The notes: generated from the sequence alone by a model not told the origin. DNA of 64,000 nucleotides from Squalus acanthias (GCA_030390025.1 CM059428.1:156116001-156180000), one strand, 5' to 3'; positions 51,660-63,335 are shown, counted from the first letter of the stretch. Numbers and translations are program-made.

Positions 51660-51783
51660 GGAACAATAGCCAATTCTTTAACATGCCTTCAGCTACATAA
51701 ACGAGCAGAGAAAATAGCTGTTATGCTGATGGAGAGGGGGCACCTACAGGATGGAGATCATGTGGCTTTGGTCTATCCACCAG
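51660..51783 (+). CDS. DIP2C: DIP2C exon 17: GTIANSLTCLQLHKRAEKIAVMLMERGHLQDGDHVALVYPP
   Basis: taccag| and |gtatgc, 124 nt, phase 0 to 1. Confidence 0.96.
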
Positions 51784-51887
51784 GTATGCTCATGGTGTAT
51801 TAATTTTTCTTTTACCCTTTAATTCCCTCATCTCTCTCAGCTTCAGCTTACCTTGTGGCCAAATGCAACGTGCATTCAAAATTTATC

Positions 51888-52074
51888 ACAATAGCAGAAT
51901 ACTGCGGATGCTGGAAATCTGAAACAACAACAGAAAATGCTGGAAACACTCAGCAGGTCAGGCAGCATCGGCAGTTCTGACGGAGGGTCGTCGACCTGAA
52001 ACGTTGACTCTGTTTCTCTCTACTCGATGCTGCCTGACCTGCTGAGTGTTTCCAGCATTTTCTGTTGTTGGTTT
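51888..52074. mobile_element. Inverted Penelope-type pLTR insert with 10-bp TSD and perfect 46-bp inverted repeat
   Basis: TSD aaaatttatc at 51878-51887 and 52075-52084; arms 51925-51970 and 52025-52070; hammerhead-like motif at 51973-52009 in the loop. Confidence 0.85.
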
Positions 52075-52305
52075 AAAATTTATCGTCTGATTTTAAAAAG
52101 GAATTCCTACATTTCAGCAGCTGAAAAGATGAGGGTTGGAGGAACTGAACGTCATTAATCTAAGCTTGGCATTTTAGATGGTTTAAGTGCGTTTTAAAGA
52201 AAACCTGATAACTTAGTTTGTTGTGAAGCTTATGCTGCAGTAAGATGGGGCTTTGTAATTTAAAGTGCAGATACTAAGATGAAATATGTTTTGTCCTTCA
52301 TACAG

Positions 52306-52427
52306 GAATAGACTTAATTGCAGCATTTTATGGATGCCTGTACGCAGGTTGTGTGCCAATAACTGTTCGTCCTCCACACCCACAGAATATTGCTACTACG
52401 TTACCCACAGTGAAGATGATTGTGGAG
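52306..52427 (+). CDS. DIP2C: DIP2C exon 18: (G)IDLIAAFYGCLYAGCVPITVRPPHPQNIATTLPTVKMIVE
   Basis: atacag| and |gtaggt, 122 nt, phase 1 to 0. Confidence 0.96.
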
Positions 52428-53680
52428 GTAGGTCAGAATTTAACATTATGGCGTATTCTGTGTTTGAATTTTCACCCAATTGTTTTTCTTTAAAAAGATA
52501 ACATTAATCTTATTCCTGTCTCTCTCTTTTCCTGAGTCACATGACTCTTTTTAGAAGACTTCTGTTTACTGGTACTTCATATTTTATACTGTCACGGTGC
52601 TCGGGGTATTTCAAAATGATCAGATCTTAAAAAAAAATTAATGTTAAATCAGCTAAAATCATACATGATTTTCTTTACTCCACTCTGGAATCCAAATTAA
52701 TTCTAATCCAGTCCATCAACTTCTATCTGACCTCAGTGGCAAATGCTTTTGTTGAGGGTGGTTCTGATGTAGTCTGAGACTGTATCTGTAACATAACTGC
52801 GGCCAAAAATGTCAGAATTGTTTATGGGACCTAGATCAGGTATTTTGTTGGTTATTATACAAGGGGTGGCAGGATCTCTTCCCTGAAGGACAACAGTGAG
52901 CCAGTTATGCTAGCCCACAAATTACCAGATTTATTGAATTCAATTTCACAATTTACTTGCTGGGATTTGAACTCCGGACATCTGGGTTGCTAGACCAGTA
53001 CCATAACCATTAGGCGAGCGTACCCATTCATATAAGTTTGCCTACGCAGCGATTTTTTAGTTCATAAGTATGTAGGTTCCTGCTGGTAAAATAGTGACAA
53101 ACCTGAAGTGCCGCCTTCATTATCAAACTGTTGCTTATCTCCAGACTTGGGGAAATCTGTTCTACAAGCAGCTGGGAGCAGTAGGACTGTGCTTGCCTGT
53201 TCAGAATACAGATCCTGATGACTTAATGGAAGACAATTTTAATTGCTGAAATATGGACACAGTTATTTGCATGAATGATAATTATGATCATGGTTTGTTC
53301 AATGATTTGGAAATGTGGTGACTGGAAATCTTCCTCTTAATTGACCATGCCTATAATTTTCATTTGTGAAATTTTCTCATTATTTATCTCTGACCTTCAG
53401 TTTATGTGGTAATATTAATTCCTGTCAGTCAGAGGGCCTATGTTTATTGTTGAACTGTGCTTTGGTACCTATGACAATGCAATATCCTCTCAGTGCTTCA
53501 AGACTGTACTTTATGGCCCATTAACATTACAGCAGTGCTGTCAGTGGTAGTTGTGACTTTGGTGGTTGCCCTCTAATGTAATGGAGGTCGTGCTGTTGGT
53601 TCTGGAGGAGTAGTTTTCAGCAGGTATTCTAGCGGAGCAGTGCCACCGTGGCGAGTATGTAGTCTGCCACCGCCATTTAA

Positions 53681-54126
53681 AGAAAGAAAGACTTGCATTT
53701 ATATAGCGCCTTTCATGACCTCAGGATTTCCCAAAGCGCTTTCCAGCCAATAAAGTACTTTTGAAGTGTAGTTACTGTTGTAATCTAGGAAACGTGCCAC
53801 CTAATTTGCGCACAGCAAGGTCCCACAAGCAGCAATGTGATAATGACTAGGTAATCTGTTTTAGTGATGTTGGTTGAGGGATAAATATTTGCCAAGTGTT
53901 ACTCCCCTGCTCCTCTTCAAAATAGTGCCATTGGATATTTTACGTCCACCATAGAGGGCAGAAGGGGCCTTGGTTTAATGTCTCATCCAAGAGATGGCAC
54001 CTCTGACAGTGCAGCCCTCCCTCAGTACGGCACTGGAGTGTCAGCCTAGATTATGTCGTCGAGTCTCTGCAGTAGGACCCGAACCAACAACCTTCTGAGT
54101 GCTACCACTGAGCCACAGCTAACACA
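53681..54126 (-). mobile_element. DeuSINE (SacSINE1-like)
   Basis: Reverse complement of 29404..29848 including the A box (ccactgagcca). Confidence 0.9.
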
Positions 54127-55871
54127 GCAATCTTCCACTTAATGCACCATACCACATTTATCAATATTATAATTTTACAATGTCAAATTTATCAATTTGT
54201 CTGGCTGGGAGAAACAGTATTACCAGTCAGTGTGGGTTGAGAGCGCTGCTTGTGGATACAAGCCAGTGTGCAATTTTCTGCTTGCTGATCTCCATGGGCC
54301 TTCCCCAGCCACTGGCGAACTCCTGCAGCATGAAATTGAAGCCTTTATTTGGGACTTTGAAACAACTGTGTATGCACAAGATTACACTTGTCTGTTGCAA
54401 TCTAAATGGGATGGATTTCACAGCATGGGAGCTCCTACAGCAGGTCTGCTGCTATTAGAATAAAAGGAAGTATGATGTGGTCTTTCAAAATACTTTTTCA
54501 GACTGACAGATAAATAATAATGACACTTTCAATTACTTTAGCTGTGGCAAACCAGAATTCATTGTCATGGAATGTATCATGGGTGCAGAGGTCATTATCC
54601 GTCAGAGATGACAAGAGACTGCACTGTTTTTTAATCTAAAAAAAAATTAGCAAGACACTGAAGTCTTCGCGATAAGGGGTAAAGTGCAAGATTTGACTTA
54701 AATTTTAGTTATTTGTTGCACAATTTATAAACTCCAATTCTTAATAGAGCATTGTGCAGCAAAATGAGTGGCAATTTTACTGCCTTAGAAGCAACTGAAT
54801 CATGCTGTGGTGCTTTGTGCGCAATTTAATACAGCTTCTCCTTAGCAGCCCACAAAGAAGAAATACCTGCAGAAAGTTGGGAGGGGAGCTCGGGGGTTGC
54901 ATCAAAGCACATTTGTATTATGAAATTCAGAGCAAATAACATTTTTTCCATGGCACATATTGAGCCAAAAGCACTCAACGGAGTTCTAGCCAGAAAATTC
55001 CAAGCTTTTTGGTTTCTCCTACAATGGTGTAATGCTGTACTGCACATAACACACATGGAAATTACTTAAACTCGAATCTTTAGCTTAATCAGACTTTAGA
55101 ATTGATGGTGTAACGATCTGGAACGGATTTTCAGCATCATTCCAACACCGTTGTATTTTTCCTGTGGAATCTGGGATATTGATAAGAAAATTATAAATAA
55201 ACATCAAAATACTCCCTCATCTTGGATTTGACAGTTTTGCCATTCGTGATACAGAAGTCCAGGGTGGAAGCTTGCCTGATGATATTGCTACTGACACATT
55301 GCTGAAGATTGTGTTTCAGCTGCCTTGTCCCTTCTGTTTTGCACAGGGGCGGGAAAAAGACTCACAGAATGGCTTGTTCATAAATTAATCATTAATATGG
55401 AATATCTTTCCACGGTATAACTTCTTTAAAAAAAACTTTTTTTTTATGAAGTGCAGCTGTTCACTGAGAACCCTTTACAAAGATGGGTACACAATGGGAT
55501 ATTATGCAGTACTTAGTTGATTTGTGGTACGTTTTAATTCAGAAAGAAGGGAAGGATTCATTTTAAACATCCATGTACCATTAAATGCTGCATTGATTAG
55601 CTAAATTAATGTGTAAGTGCATAATTTAATCTCTAACCATAAAAAACACTGTGTAGTTTCAACCTTGGATTTGTGACAGTGTATGTAATGATAATGCGGG
55701 GGTGGGGGGGAATTAGCACTGGTAACCTAATGCTGAGAGATGTATTTGCCAGTCAGTGGAAGCTCAATATTACAGGGCGGGGGGGCGGGGGGGGGAATAA
55801 AAATAAAGGGGGAAAAAAAGCTACAAAATATGTTCAACAGATTGTTTTTCAAGACTGGAGAGTTGCAGTTT

Positions 55872-56023
55872 GGGGGTAATTTTAACCTAACCCGCCCATT
55901 GGGAAACAGAGCAGATTGGGAGCAATGCAGGTTTTACACCCCGCCTGAATTTACTCTCCAAATGATGTTCCACCTGATCCCATGGGTTTCCCACTCAGCA
56001 GATTAAGTTTAAAAATTACCCCC
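55872..56023. mobile_element. Harbinger-type MITE
   Basis: TIRs gggggtaattttaacctaa / ttaagtttaaaaattaccccc. Confidence 0.7.
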
Positions 56024-56105
56024 TACATATTTGGTAGACAATTTATAGGAAAGGGTTGAATATCATTTTCTGCAGCGATTTTAACGCACGTTTTCTTATC
56101 TATTA

Positions 56106-56290
56106 CAATTGGTAGTAAAACTTCTAAGGTTGAGAGAAGTAGGAGCACCAGTTGATGCAAGAATGTAGGAAATTTGGAATCAGAAACTAAGTATGAAACG
56201 TAGTAATGCGCTCTCTTCTGTGTTTGGTAGGTAACTTTTGTACTGGCCTAGTTTGTCGTTCTCATGAAAGGAACCAAGTAAATATTGCAT
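56106..56290 (+). pseudogene. Decayed partial duplicate of DIP2C exon 19 plus its downstream intron
   Basis: Aligns with 59725..59938 (caattggtagtaaaacttctaaggt...gtaggaaat...cagaaactaagt...ttggtaggt) with a 23-nt deletion. Confidence 0.9.
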
Positions 56291-56293
56291 CCT

Positions 56294-57045
56294 AGAATCA
56301 TAGAAATATACGGCATAGAAGGAGACCATTCGGCCCATCATGCCTGTGCCGGCCGAAAGAGCTGTCCAGCCTAATCCCACTTTCCAGCTCTTGGTCCGTA
56401 GCCTTGCAGGTTATGGCACCTCAAGTGCATATCCAAGTACATTTTAAACGTGATGAGGGTTTCTGCCTCTACCATCCTTTCAGAGTGAGTTCCAGTCCCC
56501 CACCACCCTCTGGGTGAATAAAGTTCTCCTCAACTCCCCTCTATTCCTTTTACCAATTATTTAAATCTATGCCCCCTGGTTATTGACCTCTCTGCTAAGG
56601 GGAAATAGGTCCTTCCTGTCCACTCTATCTAGGCCCCTCATAAATTTATACACCTCAATTAAATCTCCCCTCAGCCTCTTCCGTTCCAACAAAAACAACC
56701 CCAGCTTATCCAATCTTTCCTCATAGCTAAAATTCTCCAGTCCTGGCAACATCCTCATAAATCTCCTCTGTACCCTCTCTCGTGAAATCACATCTTTCCT
56801 ATAATGTGCAGACCAGAACTGTACGCAGTACTCTAGCTGTGGCCTAACTAGTTCTAGCATAACCTCCCTGCTCTTATATTCTATGCCTCGGCTAATAAAG
56901 GAAAGTATCCCTTATGCCTTCTTAACCACCTTATCTACCTGTCCTGCTACCTTCAGGGATCTGTGGACATGCACTCCAAGGTCCCTCTGTTCCTCGACAC
57001 TTATTGTGTATTCCCTTGCTTTGTTGGCGCTCCCCAAATGCATTA
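56294..57045 (-). mobile_element. CR1 LINE 3' portion
   Basis: ORF 56567..56860 LVRPQLEYCVQFWSAHYRKD...RLRGDLIEVYK; (tagaatca) tail. Confidence 0.92.
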
Positions 57046-57490
57046 CAAGGGATGATGGGTTTTTAATTTTAAATTTTTTTTACAGATTATTTTGTCATCA
57101 TAAAGATCAGCAGCTCTCTATGTATTTAAAAATGATTGTGCCAAATTTCAAAATGAATGATATTTGATCGTGAGATAACATTGTTCCAAGGGTAAAACCT
57201 ACAAGAATAAAGCTGTTGCATTGTAAACCAGAAATATAAAGAAATTAATATTTGATAGATGCATTTAAAGGGGAAGCTAGATAAACACATGAGGGAGAAA
57301 GGAATAGAAGGTGATGCTGATAGAGGTAGATGAAGAGGCTCGTGTGGAGCATAAACACCGGCATGGACCAGTTGTCCTGAATGGCCTGTTTCTGTGCTGT
57401 ACACGCTACGTAATTCTATATAATAGTGCTGGGTCAGGTTTGCACCAGGATTCCAGATACAAATAAAATTACTTCCTTCTAAAAGACATT

Positions 57491-57790
57491 GGCCCAAAAA
57501 TTGTGGTCGGCGGCGTAGCTACGGAATACACCACCGACCCGCGAAAAGAATACGGACCTACCTTGTGCGAGGCCCCACACGTAGACACGCTGTTCGGCGC
57601 CGCAGAGCTGTGCGCAGCGTATTACATCACGGAGGCCAGGAGCGCTGCGTACGGGAAGACACGCCCACAAAATCTGTCAAAACCAAGCCACGCCCGCAGA
57701 AACATCTTTCAGTCTCTTCTATTGAAATTACATTTTTAAAACGTTTCAAGAACTTCTTAAAAACTTTTAATTAAACTGTTACTTGGACTT
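57491..57790. mobile_element. CpG-rich end of a probable Harbinger-type DNA transposon
   Basis: Begins ggcccaaaaattgtggtc, like other TIRs here; abrupt CpG enrichment; similar composition at about 58570-58900; no partner TIR found. Confidence 0.4.
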
Positions 57791-59264
57791 ATTTCATATC
57801 AGCATTTTGTTAAAATTATGTAACAAAACACCAACCATAATTTGGCACCTGTTTTCCACTTGAAGGTTAAAAAAAAATAATTTGCAATCAATGGAAAGAT
57901 TCTCGTCCTTTGACCGTTTGCTAAAGTGAAATAAATTGTTTAGCTGTTCAACCTTCTATTGAGGTTAAAACAATTTCTATCACTTGGGAAGTGTATTAAA
58001 CGTTACATTATTTATATTTCATACTAAGAAACGTGTTCCTTTTCCTCTTTGCACTAAGGAGCATTGTAGAATGTTTTGCTAGTCTAAAGAATTACCTATG
58101 CTGTACTTCAAACATCCCGGCTTTATAAATTAAGGATGTGTTCGGTGTATTTTATGTAAATCAGGTCAGTTTTTTATTCTTTTAAGGCTAGCATTTAATA
58201 TCCTCTCAAAGGTCCATTAGTGAGAAAAGATAAATGTAACAATAACTTTACGATGGATTGCGATTCAACAGCACTGAAAGGAGTTGGCAATGATCCTGTT
58301 GATTTACTATACACCATGCGCATAGCACACCAGTTTTAAATGTATTCTGTAAAATAATTAAATAGCAAAATGGTTTTATTTCATACATTTGAAGGAAGTA
58401 TAAATGATCTGTGCCGAATGCCCAGTTCTTGATCATACAATTGGAGTGCTGAAAACATTGATAATTTTAAATATTAATTTTCACATTTTATATTTTTAAT
58501 GTTTCTAAATGTTGCCATTAGATACATGTATTTTATTGTGAAGTGATACCAGAATGGTTAACAATCCTTTCAGACGCACTGTGAAATCAGTGGCGAAACT
58601 ATATCCGCTCCTTCTCTCAACGTTCAGTACAAATGGCTTCCTTTCACAGTCAAACAGGCTCCTGCGCCTGTGTTCACCGACCATAACATTTTCGGACGTA
58701 ATTGCTCGGCAGTTGGTGGGCAACTAAGCCCAAATCTGTGCGAGCAATGAGTATTTCCTCATTGGTGCGAATCATCTGTCAAGGCGTACCTTGACAGATC
58801 GCAGGTTGGGGATTTAGCGCATGTGCAAGTGTATGCGGAAATCCCCAACTTGCGGTCAATTTCAAAGGTGGTATGACAGCGTATGCATTTAATTATTTGC
58901 ATTTAATTTCCCTTTCACAGCTCCAGAGAGCATGGTGGAAAATGACACCCTTTTCCCCGCAACAATAGTATTTATTTGGTTGATAAAACTACTGCAGCTA
59001 TCTTACACAGAGTAAAATTATATTGTTTTATATTGCACTGTAACTAGAGAGTAAAATACATTTTTCATATTGTACTCATTCTTTAGTTGTAACACATCGT
59101 CATACATTATATATATCTCATACATACATACATACAGAAGAGGACTTGTAACTCTCAAATGTGCAATCCCCAATGTGCCCACTCCCCATATTATCAGGTA
59201 TTCCATAGTGGTTGGTAGACTCATTATGGGGAATGATAGGGTCTTGGGTTTTTATTTATAGTAA

Positions 59265-59520
59265 AAGTGACCGTGAAGCTATCGGATTATCGTTAAAACC
59301 CCAAATAGGTCACAAATGTGCTTTAGGGAAGGAAACCTGCCCTCCTTACCCAGTCTGGCCTATATGTGACTCCAGTCTCCCACACAAATGTAGTTGACTC
59401 TTAACTGTCCTCTGAAGCCACTCAGTTGTATCAAACCGCTCAATTAAGGCAACTAGGGATGGACAATAAATGCCGCCTTTGCCAGCACTGCCCACATCCT
59501 GAGAATGAATTTTAAAAATA
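59265..59520 (+). mobile_element. 5'-truncated tRNA-SINE (24384 family)
   Basis: tttagggaaggaaacctgcc...gtgactccag...gcccacatcc. Confidence 0.8.
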
Positions 59521-59694
59521 CATTTTATTTATATATATAATTTTTTTAATGATCAAAAGTTTTCTATTTGGATGCCCTCTTTTCTACAAATCTTTGTTGA
59601 AAATTAACGCGCCATCATAAGGCCAAATTAATTTTGGCCTTTCCTACGGCCTCTGATTGTACATTGCTTACCTAACAGATCCGTTATTTTGCAG

Positions 59695-59806
59695 GTCAGC
59701 AGATCAGCATGCATAATGACATCGCAATTGGTAGTAAAACTTCTAAGGTCGAGAGAAGCAGGAGCAGCAGTTGATGTAAGAACGTGGCCTCCTGTTTTAG
59801 ACACAG
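59695..59806 (+). CDS. DIP2C: DIP2C exon 19: VSRSACIMTSQLVVKLLRSREAGAAVDVRTWPPVLDT
   Basis: ttgcag| and |gtagga, 112 nt, phase 0 to 1. Confidence 0.95.
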
Positions 59807-60775
59807 GTAGGAAATGTGGGTTCAGAAACTAAGTGCAAAAGGCAGAGTTGCACTCTGTTCCATGCTTGGTAGGTCACTTTTAAATTACAATCCCGGTTTT
59901 ATAAGTTTCCATCATGAGAAGCCCAATGAATGTTGCATAAGCATTCAGTGATGCATTTTAAACATCTCCAGGCCAAATGCAGAGGCTGCATAGTCGGGCA
60001 TTAGTTTAAATCTTTATAACTCATGAGGAACCTGAGTTATGGAAGCCTAATGTGTAGGAGCGCATATGTTATTAGTAGTTGTGTAATCTACTTATGTTGC
60101 CATTAAACATGGGTACAAATAAATTAATAGTCAATCTAATGATTTATCTTTAATTATGTGGAACTGTTCAATGTTGAAAGCGTTCTGATGTCCTGTGCAG
60201 GTGTTAAAACATCTGAGAAGACATTGGGGCAGTATAATGAAAATATGTGCAAGGTATGAAACCACCTCACATCCTGTCGCAAAATTTAACCTGGCAACAT
60301 TTTAGTTCAGGCAATATAATACGCTACTGTTGTATTTTGTTTGAGAAACAAAGGTAATGGCCAAGGCCTATAGTTTCAACACACCACCGAGGTTGAAAAG
60401 AATGAAAGAAAAGAGGAGGTAAATTCAGAACTAGTGATCAGGTGGTGCCATGTTTTGTTTTTAAAGGCTGAAGATTATCGCAGAAAGGGGAGACTCTGGA
60501 ACCTAAGGAGTTCCACAGTTTTGAGATGCTGGGTTGACTCACATTTTTACTTTTTCATTGCTATTGAATGGAAACAGATGACTTGCTGTAATCTGAGAGG
60601 CAGATTATTGATACACCAGTGCATTCTGCACCAGACTGCCCATTTCCTATTTCTTTACAATGTAAGCTTGCTGACTCAATAGTCTAGATTTTCTGATCAG
60701 TGTTATTCAAACCCAGTGGTTTCCCCATGTCAAATAAATGTTAAATAGTGTTAAAACTGAGTAACCCACTTAAAA

Positions 60776-60862
60776 CCTTCACCTGACGAAGGGGCAGCAG
60801 CTCCGAAAGCTTGTGATTTCAAATAAAACTGTTGGACTATAACCTGGTGTTGTGCGACTTCT
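60776..60862 (+). mobile_element. 87-bp Penelope-type pLTR insert with 9-bp TSD
   Basis: TSD cacttaaaa at 60767-60775 and 60863-60871; contains a hammerhead motif and AATAAA. Confidence 0.85.
60779..60816 (+). ncRNA. Minimal type I hammerhead ribozyme motif (sense to DIP2C pre-mRNA)
   Basis: UCAC-CUGACGA-A-GGGGC-AGCA-GCUCC-GAAA-GC-UU-GUGA: all core nucleotides present, 4-bp stem I, 5-bp stem II, palindromic AAGCUU. Confidence 0.72.
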
Positions 60863-61766
60863 CACTTAAAATACATGGGTGACTGCCAGGGTTAAAATAG
60901 CGTTGATCAGAAAATGCCGGCCAATGTCTTTTCAGTCGGTTCCATTTTGCAGCAGCAGGTAAAAGTGAAACAGCAAAAAATACCTTTGCGTTACTTCAAC
61001 AACTTGAAAGATCGCAACAGCTTATGGTACAAATATCAACTTTGCACAGCACTGCTGTGTGTACTTTAAAAAAACAAACCAGGTTGACCATCACTTGCTC
61101 TACTTTATCATAACTGGTTTTAATTGAAATTGCATGATCTCCTTGCAGCCTAATAGACAGTGAATAGTTGTCATTGATATTGAATGTTGTCAAAGGTTGC
61201 TGAGTTTAAAAAGGGAATGAAACTCTTTAATAGCCTGAAGATGTTATTTCAAGGTTCATTGTGTAAAAGGTTTAAAGGCTTGGAAGAAAGATTGGATGAA
61301 TAGATGGAGAGGGTTGTAACGTGTTTATATTTATCACCTTTAGATCTTGGCATCCATAGTACCTATAGTGATACAAGGGAGAATGAAGATTATTTATCTC
61401 TTAGCAACTTAAGGGAAGTGAGCTGCAAGTCAACGTTAAAATGCTGCAGTTACTTCATCACTGGGATTTTCCCAGTTGAGTGTTTTTAAATTTTGTACAG
61501 CAAGGTTTAATTTTGACATTGTTGTCATTTGTTTTTTATTAAGGTTAATGAAATGGCAAGAGTATAGGGTTTATTTGTAATTTACTGCACTCGCTTGAGA
61601 AATTGCAAAGTCTGCCAGCCAGTTATTAAGAGAACCTCAGCAGAAATTGCGTTGACAGTCCATAGGAGACGCAAACCCATTTTGTCACTTACTAATTTCC
61701 TAATGTTAGGTACAAATGTACAGCGAGAGATTGACATTAAACTAATTTTCCCAATGCACAATGGAA

Positions 61767-62050
61767 ATCATAGAATCATACAGCACAGAAGGAGACCATT
61801 TGTCCCATCTGTCTGTGCCGGCTCTTTGAAAGAGCTGTCTAATTAGTCCCACCCTGTGCTCTTTCCCCAGAGCCCTGCAAATTTTTCCTTTTCAAGTATT
61901 TATCCAATTCCCTTTTGAAAAGTTATAATTGAATCTGCTCCCAACACCCTTTCGGGCAGTGCATTCCAGTGTAAAACAGTTTCTCCCTATGTACTCTTAG
62001 CAAAACCCCTCAAAAGTTTGAACACCTCTATTAAGTCTCCCCTTAACCTT
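61767..62050 (-). mobile_element. CR1 LINE 3' end, internally deleted
   Basis: Reverse complement similar to 10582..11017. Confidence 0.85.
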
Positions 62051-62307
62051 AATGCCACAAGCATGCAGTGTCTATTCATTGCCCGTGGTGACCCAGGATT
62101 GTCGTATATAGCATTAACAAGATAGTCTCTGATTGTATTTTAGAAAACATGTATTCGCATGATTTTGATGGATAGATTGGAAGCAAACAGTTAACCTTAT
62201 TGTGGCATTCTCAAATGTTATACTTGTGTGTTGCATAGTGGCAAGCTTACCCATGATCTGCATATGTACAGCAGTTCAGTTCCTTAAGTGCATTAATTTC
62301 CTTTCAG

Positions 62308-62417
62308 ATGATTTGCCAAAGAGACGGCCTGCCCAAATTTACAAACCCTCAAACCCCGACACTTTGGCCTACCTTGATTTTAGTGTATCTACAACAGGAA
62401 TGCTAGCAGGGGTGAAG
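62308..62417 (+). CDS. DIP2C: DIP2C exon 20: (D)DLPKRRPAQIYKPSNPDTLAYLDFSVSTTGMLAGVK
   Basis: tttcag| and |gtaaga, 110 nt, phase 1 to 0; P-loop-like YLDFSVSTTGMLAGV motif. Confidence 0.96.
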
Positions 62418-63335
62418 GTAAGATAACATAGAAGCTTTTGTCTCCTGTCTCATGAGTCTTTGTCTTACTGAAAAGTCACTTGCTTTTGTATCACACATCT
62501 TGTCTCCATACCGAAACAAATCTTCAGAATTATGTTTGAAACATAAGATAAAAGGGATATAGACCTAGAGAAACTTCAAAACTTTGGTTACTTGAATCCA
62601 ATTTAGGGCAATTATCTGGAGTTAACATGCTTATATTTAGGTGGCACAGCGTATTGGTAAGCTGCACCTGCTGCACTATGGAGCAGAAGGGCACAGGTCG
62701 AATGGCCGACCTGGGCTGGGCTGCCTTGGAGGGAGAAGTTGCCAAGTGGAGGTCTGTCGTACTGGGAGAGCCACCAAGGTCCACTCTCTCAAACTCTGAG
62801 GAGTTTTTCAGAGTGACGTTGGTGGAAGCCTGGCAGCAGGTCTCCTTTTTGTCCCACAGCTGGTTTGTGATGTAGTGATACTGAATAAAGATGAAGGGGA
62901 GAAAATATTTCTTCTTAATATCTCCCTTACTTTATTCCCTGATATGTGCCCTGACATGGATTTGAGTAGCTAAGTAATACTGTATTTGTGGGGTAGATAG
63001 TTTTAAATTTGGTTTGTTTGTATGCATTAAATTAAATTACTGTTACCATTTTGTATTATTCATGAGCCTCTTTATAATATAAATAAATAAGGTTCATTTT
63101 TTTTTAAGTCAATGTGATTACCTTTATATTACTGAGGACTGGTGAACCATTTGGATTAGACTTGCCACTTTCAAGGCATTGTCAATGTCAATTATCATTG
63201 GATAATTTTAATGTTTTTCTGCCTTTTTCATTACTAGTTTGTTTTCTTTTACTAAAAGTAGCACTTATTGAGGAACAAGTCCTATCAGATTGGCTTGCTC
63301 ATCCTTAATCACCGCGTCTCTGTAAAGGTCATTTT

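Larger units (their letters stand above)
60681..60922. mobile_element. Harbinger-type MITE hosting a Penelope-type insert
   Basis: About 50-bp imperfect inverted arms (attttctgatcagtgttatt...cccatgt / acatggg...aatagcgttgatcagaaaat), perfect TSD AAT. Confidence 0.8.
644..62417 (+). other. DIP2C: DIP2C gene body (internal part, 20 coding exons; 5' and 3' ends outside the window)
   Basis: Twenty GT-AG exons splice with consistent phases into one stop-free frame from GKLWTRSMKVAYNILHKLGTKQEPMVRPGDR to YLDFSVSTTGMLAGVK. The translation matches vertebrate DIP2C as I recall it, including the PTDDxNQPPGRGVLSMHGL and IGPASVMVGNLVSGKRIAQASGRDLGQIEDNDQ segments. Confidence 0.95.

Noticed and set aside
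57491-57774. CpG-rich patch as an internal promoter or CpG island with ORFs
   Set aside because: Short and begins with a TIR-like end; better explained as a DNA-transposon terminus.
644-62417. U12-type or non-canonical introns
   Set aside because: All 20 donors are GT and none matches (G/A)TATCCTT; all acceptors are AG.
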